Assembly: GCA_951406725.2 (NCBI GenBank)
Contig: OX597832.1
Coordinates: forward strand, 3,348,001 to 3,412,000
DNA: 64,000 nucleotides
Direction of reading: 5' to 3'
Source of the DNA: Octopus vulgaris
Taxonomy: Eukaryota
The notes beneath the pieces were generated by a model. The model made no database searches. It saw nothing but the letters and a program-made list of their open reading frames with translations, and was not told the origin of the DNA. Shown piece after piece: positions 1-11,290 of this stretch (positions are counted from its first letter, which is position 1; every line of letters begins with the position of its first letter). A program made the translations under genes and the position numbers.

Positions 1-605
1 ATATATATATACACACACATCCATATATATATATATATGTGAGTATATTGGCACACATGTATATATATATATATATATATACACACATCCATACATATGG
101 GTGTATATTTATACACACACAAGCATACACATAAATGCAGACGGATGGACACACATTTACAAATAATTCCAAGACCAGACATACTTGTGACATAAACATT
201 GGTTACAAAAATCTGTATACAGAAATACATAGATGAAAGCACACATACACACTTGTTTATATTCACCATACAAGGTGACATAACTTTGGCATTTATAAGA
301 GATGTAAATGTCCCACTGGAAAATATTAAACCAACAAACTGTGTTCATTTTTTGTGTGATTAAATAATGAAAAATTTGTCTTCGCTGATGTTGATTATTA
401 AAACAAGTATTTTACTAAGAATATATCATTTACTAAATACCAAAGCATTTAAGAGCAAATCAAAGTACAGAAAAACACCACACACATATATATGCACATT
501 ACACACAAGCATGCATATACTCGCATTAACAATAGGGCAAAGGGAAAACACCTTGGAGACTGTCTGCATTACACACACACACACACTATTTGGAGAGGAA
601 ATAAG

Positions 606-733
<128 letters not shown>

Positions 734-1140
734 AGAGTCTCATATGCATTATAAACTGGGCAGAAAAATTACAGTTAAATGAGATTATCTTTGCAATTAG
801 TTGACAAAAACTCACACAAGGAGTATTTAAAAGAGGTTTACCTCCTAACTACATGATTTCAGACTCAGTTACACTGTGATGCCTTTGCACGTTTGTTGTT
901 TATACACCTGTTTTCGTTTTGTTTTTTTGTAAATTCTAACTATATATATATAATATGTAATTAAATTGATTTAATTATAATTAATTTAAGTTTTTCCATG
1001 TTTTCTTACGTGTTGGTGTTACCATTCAAAATGATCGTATGCATGGATTAAAATTTTATAAAACTTTTTACATCTCTTCTCCATCTTTAATTGTGTGTTG
1101 AGTTTATATAGGATACGTGTTCTGTAAGTGCTCATAACAC

Positions 1141-1188
<48 letters not shown>

Positions 1189-1215
1189 ATGTATATATAT
1201 GTATATATATGTATG

Positions 1216-1248
<33 letters not shown>

Positions 1249-1250
<2 letters not shown>

Positions 1251-1668
1251 TCTTACTCTTTTACTCTTTTAATTGTTTCAGTCATTTGACTGTGGCCATG
1301 CTGGAGCACCGCCTTTAATCGAGCAAATCAACCCCGGGACTTATTCTTTGTAAGCCCAGTACTTATTCTATCGGTCTCTTTTTGCCGAACCGCTAAGTGA
1401 CGGGGATGTAAACACACCAACATCGGTTGTCAAGCAATACTAGGGAGACAAACACAGACACACAAACACATACACACACATACATATATATATATACATA
1501 TATACGACAGGCTTCTTTCAGTTTCCGTCTACCAAATCCACTCACAAGGCATTGGTCGGCCCGGGGCTATAGCAGAAGACACTTGCCCAAGATGCCACGC
1601 AGTGGGAATGAACCCGGAACCACATGGTTGGTAAGCAAGCTACTTACCACACAGCCACTCCTGCGCCT
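1249..1668 (-). mobile_element. Full-length tRNA-derived SINE (family A) with CR1-type 3' tail
   Basis: Minus strand begins AGGCGCAGGAGTGGCTGTGTGGTAAG (A-box-like), then GGTTCATTCCC (B-box-like), an internal TA/TG tract, tail GGCGGTGCTCCAGCATGGCCACAGTC...GACTGAAAC and (AAAAGAGT)n. Partial copies near 24645, 38062, 44200-44945, 62020. Confidence 0.9.
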
Positions 1669-1730
1669 ATATGTATATATATATACATACACACATTATA
1701 TATATACATCATATACATTATATATATATA

Positions 1731-3020
1731 TCATCATCATCATCATCATTTAATGTCCGCTTTCCATGCTGGTATGGGTTGGACGGTTTGACTGAGGTCT
1801 GTCAAACCAGTGGGCTGCACCAGGCTCCAATCTGATCTGGCAGAGTTTCTACAGCTGGATGCCCTTCCTAACGCCAACCACTCCGAGAGTGTAGTCGGTG
1901 CCTTTACATGCCACCAGCACGAGGGTCAGTCAGGTGAAACTGGTAATGGCCATGCTTAAAGTGTGTTTTTTACGTGCCACCTGCCCAGGAGCCAGTCCAG
2001 CGGCACTGGCAACAATCATGCTCGGATGGTGCTCTTAGCGCTCCACTTGCATGGATGCCAGTCATGCGGTGCTGTCATCAATTTTGATTTCACTTGCCTT
2101 AACAGATCTTTGCAAGCAGAGTTTAGTGTCCAATGAATGAAAGGTACACATAAGTTGGCTGGTTACACCACAAGCATAGGCCATGGGTTATGGTCTCACT
2201 TGGCTTGCCAGGTCTTCTCAAGCACAGCATATTTCCAAAGGTCTTGGTCACTAATCATTGCCTCGGTGAGGCTTAATGTTTGAAGGTCGAGCTTCACCAC
2301 TTCATCCCAGGTCTTCCTAGGTCTATCTCTTCCACAGGTTCCCTCAACCACTAGGGTGTGACACTTTTTCACACAGCTATCCACATCCATTCTCACCACT
2401 TGACCATACCAGTGCAGTCGTCTCTCTTGCACACCACATCTGATGCTTCTTAGGTCCAACTTTTCTCTCAAGGCACTTACACTCTGTTGAGTATGCACAC
2501 TGACATTATATATCCAGCGGAACATACTAGCTTTGTTACTTGCGAGTTTACACATGTCCTCAGCAGTCACAGCCCATGTTTCACTGCCATTTAGCATGGC
2601 TGTTTGTACACAAGCGTCATACAGTCTACCTTTTACTCTGAGTGAGAGGCCCTTTGTCACCAGCAAAAGTAGGAGCTCTATGAACTTTGCCCAGGCTATT
2701 CTTATTCTAGCAGCTTCACTTTCAGAGCACCCACCCTAGCTACTGACTTGGTCACCTAGGCTATCAACTACTTCTAGTTTTTCTCCCTGGAATGTGGCAG
2801 AAGTTGTTCTCTGCACATTTTCAGTTTTTATAGTACCTGAGTATTTGCCACATACAAAAACTATCTTCTCTTCCTTTGATATTGCTGCACCTCTTATGCA
2901 TCCATAGCTTACACTGGGTACATCTTATAGAGTTTCTACCTTTGCCTTTTCTACAGTTCGAGCAGGGTTATCTACCTGATAGGATTTGTGGTTTGTCTGC
3001 CTTCCTACTTATTAGGACTT
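1731..3020 (-). mobile_element. 5'-truncated RTE-clade LINE (ORF C-terminus, 3' UTR, (GAT)n tail)
   Basis: ORF 2196-2666 KGRLYDACV..MLNGSETW..RLHWYGQVVRM..GRDRPRKTW is a typical RTE C-terminus; 3' end GCATGGAAAGCGGACATTAAA(TGA)n; stops and deletions present. Confidence 0.92.
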
Positions 3021-3254
3021 CATATCAGTATGTATATGTAATACATTATTACATGACCATTTAACTGATTTTGCAAATTTAAGAATGGTTGATAGGAAGA
3101 TTGATGGTTCCTTTCCACTCTCGTATACCTAACTAGGACGATCATCTTCTCCAGCTTGTTGATGGAGCTCCCTTTCTCTCATATTTTAACTACCCATCTT
3201 CTTCTATGAACTCTTCATCTTATTGTTCATAGTCTTGCAAGTTACATGGTCACC

Positions 3255-3450
3255 TCACTAGAGGTGGTGGCATGAAAAAAGCACTCAGTACATGGTATAA
3301 ATTGGATGGCACGAGGAAGGGCATCCAGCTGTTGAAACTGTAAGCCAGACACTGGAGTATAATGTAGTCCTTGAATCCATTGGATCCTGTCAAACTATTA
3401 TTTGGCCCATGTCAGCATAGGACATGGACATTAGATAATGAGGCTGATGT
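3255..3450 (+). mobile_element. Degenerate RTE 3' UTR fragment
   Basis: GGAAGGGCATCCAGCTGT and CCCATGTCAGCAT..GGACATTA match the RTE 3' end seen at 12890-13070. Confidence 0.6.
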
Positions 3451-3465
3451 ATATCTATATATATA

Positions 3466-3500
<35 letters not shown>

Positions 3501-3714
3501 TGGCAATGCCCCAGCATGGCCGCAGCCTCATGTCTAAAACTTATAAAAGTATAAAAGAATATGTGTGTGTGTGTCTGTTTGTGTGTGTGTATATATATAT
3601 GTATATACATACAGACAAACATACATACATGCATGCATGCATACATACATACATACATGCATGCATACATACATACATACATACATACATACATACATAC
3701 ATACATACATACAT

Positions 3715-3747
<33 letters not shown>

Positions 3748-3790
3748 AACATATACATATATATATTTATAAAATTGATATATATATGTA

Positions 3791-4106
3791 TGGAGCACTC
3801 TATTGGTTACGATGATGAGGGTCTCAGCTGATCTGATCAATGGAACAGCTTGCTCGTGAAATGAACCTGCAAGTGACTGAGCACTCCACAGTCACGTGTA
3901 TCCCTAACGTAGTTCTCAGGGAGATTCAGTGTGACACAGAGTTGGACAACACTGGCCCTTTGAAATGCAGGTACAACTTATTTTTGCCAGCTGAGTGGAC
4001 TGGAGCAATGTGAAATAAAGTGTCTTGCTCAAGGACAGAACACATTGCTAGGAATTGAACTCATGACCATACAATCATAAGCAGAATGTCCTAACCACTA
4101 AGCCAT
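3791..4106 (-). mobile_element. tRNA-derived SINE (family C) with conserved central domain
   Basis: Minus strand GGCTTAGTGGTTAGG..GAGTTCAATTCC (A/B boxes), then GTCCTTGAGCAAGACACTT..GCTCCAGTCCACTCAGCTG; related fragment at about 44100-44190. Confidence 0.75.
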
Positions 4107-6773
4107 ATATAAAACAGATATATACACATATATATATATTATATACCAAAAAGGAGAATTGTAATTGTCACTAAATGTAACTAAGGTGTTCAAAAATACC
4201 TGCATTGCTAGAAATAAGAGCTAAAATACTCTAATGCTGTAGCTAATGCACATGCATGAAAACATATACACTAACAGGGACCTGAATTGTCTGAAAAGTG
4301 CTGATCAAGAATTTTTAATACTGACATCAGTTTTGGCAATTTTTATTGCCTTATCAGTTAAGCCTGCTTGATTTCGGCATTTTTCGGACTAGCTTCTTTA
4401 TTAATATATATGTTTTTGCCATCTAGATTAATGGATGATTTAGCTATTTGCATAAAATTAATATAAACAGAACATATAAATATGTGTGTGTACATATATG
4501 CATATGTGTATATGTGTGTGCATATGTATATGCATGTGTGTGTGTGTGTGATATTGTGTATATGCTTATGTATGTATATGCAAATGTAAAATATGCATTT
4601 AAAGAATATGGGCCTTTTCCTATTTTATAGACATATTTTTGTGGTACATTCAATTTAGACATTTTCCCCTCAAATATTATATATATGGATCTATTTGAAG
4701 CAGTTATAAACACTACTCTAGGTTTAAGGTTTTAAAAAAATTTTTTGCTTAAATTGATGTAAAATGTTTCTCAAATTTCATCCTTCTTCAATGCACAAAT
4801 TGAAATATTATTAAACTGTTTCCTTGAAAACAGATTTTTGAAGCTATCATGATAATAAAGATATAAAACACGAATGGGGAAATTTTACAATTTTCATCAC
4901 TGATATGACATAAGAAAAAGGAGTTAACTGTATGTATATCGCATGAAAATTTGTATTGCTGTTTGGGTTAGTATCATTAAATTGACAGTAAAACTATATA
5001 TATGATGTATTAATAAACCCAACTTGACTTAGTGCATCCGCTTTAAAACTAAGAAACATAACTGGTCACCTATTCATATTAGAGAGTTATAGCCCTTGAA
5101 ATAGTGTACCCCTTCAATTAAAATAATTTTTACTAAATCATATGTATACATACAGACATACATACACACATGCTAGTCTCAAACAGTGAGAATGAATGCT
5201 CAACGTTGCATAAATAATCATTATATGTGGATCAACAAGGCAACCAATGGTTTCATGTGGAGTCCTGTACCAGCATTTCCAAGTGGTTCACTTGAATAAT
5301 TGTTGAGATCTCTTCAACATGAAACCATTGGTTGCCTTTAAATCTACAAGTCAATAATATATATATATATATGGTAAATATTAATATAGAAAATATTACT
5401 TTTATTCTTTTGAATGAAAAGGACAAACGTTTTAGTTTTTTTTATTGGTTGTCAGAGAAATAAGGGAAGCCTCCTCCTCCCCTCAACCTCCTCCCACCGC
5501 TGCCACCATCACCAGCACCAATTCCATTTTTCATATTAATAAATTCAATGATTCAAACGCAGAAGTTTTTACAAAGCATATCAAGTGTTCTTGATATTTC
5601 ACTTGTAGTCTGACTATCATTACTTTTGATACCATTGGGTATAAGGCCATAAATTCCTCACATGAATCTCATTGCTACATAACTGAGGAAGGCATCATAT
5701 ATCCATTCTATAAATGTCTATCTACCAGAAACATAATTGTGCCTTGAAATATAGAATATATATGATATATTATTTCAATATTTCAAGCTGGATTTTATTT
5801 TCAGTCATTTTAGCCATACTTGATTCTTTTTATATTTATTGAGCTCACACTATTTCAAGTATTTTCAGCAAACCTACTAGAATTGCTTTTAAATCATATT
5901 TAAATCTTAATATTTTTGACTAAAGCATCATGTATCATATTAGCAAGGATAGAATGACTTCTGAAAATTTCAACATTTGTGTACTTTTGGATCAAGAACC
6001 TTCTAATCGTATACCTTTTTTTATCCCATCCACTATAATTAAAATGGAAAGAATTATGTTACACACAAGCATATTTCAATGCCTGTAATAGTAAACAGTT
6101 TGAACTTAGTAGGTTAGTAAACTGACATTTTAATTTCATTATTATTGTGCCGCCTGAAACAGTGTATGGCATTGATCTTTACAATGTTCCAAAAATTGGG
6201 TGGCAAAGTAAGAATGCAGTACAGTGTAAAGTGTAGAAGACTGCTAGAGACTTAGAGGTATAGATATTACCTATTGATGATGAATACATTTTCAAATTGA
6301 TAAGTTGATAATTAAGTTTGAATTGTATTACAATATCAATATGGAGTGGGAAAATTTATGATTTGATAACTTCCAAGTAGAGACATTTCTAATGCATAAC
6401 AGAGTATAGTCAGCTAAAGAGAAAAAGAGAAGTTGTAGAGAATAGTAAAAGATGGACAAGAGAAGAAGTAAAAAGCTATAAGATCTAAAGGATAAGTTTA
6501 CAGTAATGCCAGATATGTGAACTGAAGTGTTGTTTGTGGTAGTGACTGACAACTAAATCATAAAAAAAGGATACAGTGTGTTCAGCAGCAGAGTCTGGTA
6601 GATTTAGCTGAAGAGCCACTGAATTCTTGTAAAATATTTCAGTTGAAGATCAGCAGAACTATCTCCACTCTTTAGAGTATAAACTGTTTATACTCTGAAA
6701 AGTCTGGAGAGATAGTTCTGCTGATATACATATGAAACATGCTGTTGTCAGTTGCTAGTAAATCTTGAAATAA

Positions 6774-6902
<129 letters not shown>

Positions 6903-6958
6903 CGTGCACGGGCATGTATGTAATACATAAAATGATAAATAAATAATTGCATATATTG

Positions 6959-7005
<47 letters not shown>

Positions 7006-7014
7006 GTATGAATG

Positions 7015-7066
<52 letters not shown>

Positions 7067-7298
7067 TGTATATATATACTCACATATATACATAGTTGGA
7101 ATTTACAAGAAACAAAAGACAAAGACAGGTGTGTAAATAACAAACAGGTGTATGTATATATATATATATCAATAAATATATATACATACATATATACACA
7201 CACATAAATTTGTAGTGCAATATATGGATTCAAAAAATCATCAATGATTCACATGTGGTTACACACACACACACACACATATATATATATGTGTGTAC

Positions 7299-7505
7299 GT
7301 AACCACATGTGATTCATTGGCGATTTTTTTTTCCCTCCATCTTCCTTTTCCCTTGGACTTTACTCTGTCTCCTGTTTCTGAAGAAGAGATTTACCTGAAA
7401 TGTAAAACAACCTTTCTTTCCTTCCTTGAGCGTCTGCTAATACTTTATATGTACCATGTCCTCGCATTGTTTTTTTTGTTTGTTCTTCGTTTTTTTTATT
7501 TACTA
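7299..7505 (+). mobile_element. Penelope-like pLTR-type fragment with decayed minimal hammerhead
   Basis: TTT-CTGAAGA-agagatttacct-GAAAT-GTA-AAA at 7375-7407; homologous to the reverse complement of about 63790-63950. Confidence 0.55.
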
Positions 7506-7534
7506 TATATACATATATATCTTAAAAGAAAAGG

Positions 7535-7582
<48 letters not shown>

Positions 7583-7666
7583 CATATATACATACATATA
7601 CATATACATATATATATATATATACACACACACATATATATACATACACAAACGCACACACACACA

Positions 7667-7710
<44 letters not shown>

Positions 7711-8414
7711 CATATATACACATACACATTATATATACATACATACACACACATTATATATACATACATGCATGTATGAAGTTTGTGTAAGGAGTTATGG
7801 GACGTGAGAGAAGGACAAAGCCTACCAATTGTTTTGAAAGATAGTTTGTCTGCTCTTGGTTAATACCTGGTGCCTAGCTCTCTCTCTAGTATCCACATGA
7901 ACTATCTGCATGCAGCAGGGCAGTACTTCCCGATGAATGTTAGCAGGACAGATAAACCACATGTGGGTAAGCAAGGAGTCTTAAACACTTGATGGAATCC
8001 TTCAAGGGTTTGTCACTCTATGCATGTTAAGACTGGATTTCCTTTGGACAATAATTACGCAACCCAGTACAACCACCAGGGGTCATGTTTCAACTGGTAA
8101 AAAAAAAATAGAAAGCAAAATGGAGGGGAAGTAACTCTCTATATAGACTAACATCTGATGGCCTTAGCCATTTGAAAATGAGTAGCAGATACAGTAATCA
8201 GGCAAAAATTATTGACTAAAAATCTTTGTGGATAACACCACAAAACTAATTAAATAATAAAAGAGCATAAATTGTGTGTGTGTGTGTATCTCCCCCACCT
8301 CTCTCACTCTCTTTCTCTCTCTCTCCTTCTCTCTGTCTCTTTCTCTGGGTTGGATGGTTTGATATACATACATACATACATATATACATACACAGGCACA
8401 TACACACACACGTT

Positions 8415-8452
<38 letters not shown>

Positions 8453-8849
8453 GTGGCTAACTGGCTTCCGTTCTGGTGGCACGTAAAAAGCACCATTCAA
8501 GCGTGATTGTTACCTGCTTTGCCTCACTGGTACTTGTGCCGGTAGCATGTGAAAAACATTCGAACGAGGTCGTTGCCAGTGCCGCTGGACTGGTTCCTGT
8601 GCAGGTTGCAGGTAAAAAACACCATTTGAGCATTGCCGTTTCCAGTACCGCCTGACTGGCCCTCTTGCTGGTGGCATTTAAATACACCCACTACACTCTT
8701 GGAGTGGTTGGCGTTAGGAAGGGCATTCAGCTCTAGAAACTCTGCTAGATTAAGAAGATTGAAGTCTGGTGCAGCCTTCTGGTTTGCCAGTCCTCAGTCA
8801 AATCATCCAACCCATGCTAGCATGGAAAGCGGACGTTAAATGATGATGA

Positions 8850-8853
<4 letters not shown>
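8453..8853 (+). mobile_element. RTE 3' UTR fragment with four ~62-bp internal repeats
   Basis: Units containing TGGCACGTAAAAAGCACC; RTE 3' end with (TGA)n tail. Confidence 0.85.
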
Positions 8854-8900
<47 letters not shown>

Positions 8901-9159
8901 CACACTTTATTAATAAAGCTGCAATGACACCACAAAATCAGTTTTTGGGATGTCTTTGCAGCTTCATTAATAAAGTATATTACTCTACCTTCAGTATTCG
9001 AGTTCGAGTACTGTTTTTTTCATCTCATTTCACATTTATGTGCTTTCTCTGGTACTAAAATAAGAATTAGATTTTTTGTGGTTTGGGAGTTAACTCCTAT
9101 TTCTAGCATGTTGGAAAACCACTTAGTGGCTTTTTGCCTTTGTGTATAATTTTTATACA

Positions 9160-9200
<41 letters not shown>

Positions 9201-10149
9201 CACGCACACATATGTGTGAAGATGTATGTATGTATAAAACATATTTGATGACTGGAAGGGCAATCTGGCCATAAAAGAATTGCTTCAACAAATTCCATCT
9301 GAATCCTGCAAGTTTGGAAAAGAGGATCTCAAATGACAATAATATGCACACACTGTTATAACCTAGACAGTTATAGTTTCTGCATGTAATATATACAGCT
9401 AGAAAAGATAACATTTGGTCAGTTGTCTCCTTCATGTTTGTCACTGGAATCAACATTTATTAGTCAGAGAAACAAATTTTATTCCCTATCTATAGTTTAA
9501 AATGGAAGGTGGGAAGTTTCCACTTGTAAAGAGTCAATGAATAGAAGGAAGCTGTGTGCAGGAAGATTTGGTAAAATATTTTGCTGATGTATGCAGTCAG
9601 AACAGTCAGTACGTACATCAAAAAGGAAATAGGTGCCATCTCAACTACTTCCCCTCTCTCTTTCTCACCCTATCCCCAAACATATATACGTAATTATACA
9701 CACACACATGCACAGACATTTATGTGTGTGTGTGTGTTTATATACACATATGCAAATACATACATATGTGCACACACATATGTATGTATGTTTGTATGCA
9801 TGTATGTGTACATACATGTATAAATACACATACATGTATAAATACATACATATTTACCCATGGCCAGACATGTTTTATCTTTGAAGGGAGATGAACAACA
9901 TTGCTGTTATGACAGTGGCACTCACAAACATTGTGTATGTCAAGGCATGGATGCACACACAAACACACACAAGCACAAGGGCGTACCACACATACATAGA
10001 TGGGTTTCTTTTAGTTTCCATCTACCAAATCAACTCACAAGACCTTGCTTGGCCCAGGGGTATTGTAGACGATACTTGCTCAATTTCTAAAAGTTGACCT
10101 CATCCTGAAGCTACATTGTTGGAAAGTAAGGTTCTTAATAAATAAATAA

Positions 10150-10186
<37 letters not shown>

Positions 10187-10267
10187 CATAAATAATACAT
10201 ATATAGTATATATACACACATAACAAATGCATATATATATATATATATAAAAAGATATATATATATG

Positions 10268-10298
<31 letters not shown>

Positions 10299-10384
10299 GT
10301 TTAGTGTCCGTTTTCCATGCTAGCATGGGTTGGACTGGTTCATATATACATATGTATATATATATATATATGTATGTATGTATG

Positions 10385-10441
<57 letters not shown>

Positions 10442-10473
10442 TTATATATATACACACACATATATGTATATGC

Positions 10474-10504
<31 letters not shown>

Positions 10505-10713
10505 TGCACATATATATGTATATACATAAATATATATGTACATACATACATATATGTATACATACATATATATATACATATACATACATATATATATGTA
10601 TACATACATATATATATATACATACATATATATATACATATATATATATACACATATATATATATATACATATATATACATATATATATACATACATACA
10701 AATATATATACGC

Positions 10714-10750
<37 letters not shown>

Positions 10751-10751
<1 letters not shown>

Positions 10752-11066
10752 ATATCACTGTGATCACCGTGACCGACCCGTTTATCAGATGTTGCTACAC
10801 ATCGCTGGTCACAATGCGCTTTGCATTGTTTTTAGCCTTCAAATGATGCCACCCCACTGGCTAAAAGAGCAGGCCAACAGAAGAAAGAATGAAAGAAAGT
10901 TGTGGTGAAAAAGTACAGCAGTGTCGCCACCACCCCCTGCCGGAGCCTCGTGGAGCTTTAGGTGCTTTCGCTCAATAAACACTCACAATGCCCGGTCTAG
11001 GAGTCGAAACCGTGATCCCCTGACCGCGAGTCCGCTGCCCTAACCACTGGGCCATTGCGCCTCCAC
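10751..11066 (-). mobile_element. tRNA-derived SINE (family B)
   Basis: Minus strand GTGGAGGCGCAATGGCCCAGTGGTTAGGGCAGCGGACTCGCGGTC..GGTTTCGACTCC is a tRNA-like head with A/B boxes; CpGs retained; inserted in a TA array. Confidence 0.88.
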
Positions 11067-11230
11067 ATATATACATATATATACACACACATATATATAT
11101 ACATATACACATACATATATATATACATATACACATACACACACATATATATATATAATATACATACATATATAAACATATATATGTAGATATATACACA
11201 TATATATAAGCATATATATAGATATACATA

Positions 11231-11271
<41 letters not shown>

Positions 11272-11290
11272 TTATATATTCATATATACA

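Noticed and set aside
267-315. Possible further exon of the minus-strand gene (TTTTCCAG acceptor, ATG/GTGAAT donor)
   Set aside because: Short, weak donor and no recognisable protein motif; unsupported without transcripts
8455-8690. Regularly spaced repeats resembling a CRISPR array
   Set aside because: Whole ~62-bp units are homologous with no unique spacers, they lie in an RTE 3' UTR, and the context is eukaryotic with no cas genes
10990-11066. Possible tRNA gene (also 1595-1668 and 36750-36825)
   Set aside because: tRNA-like heads continue into SINE bodies and lack a complete acceptor stem
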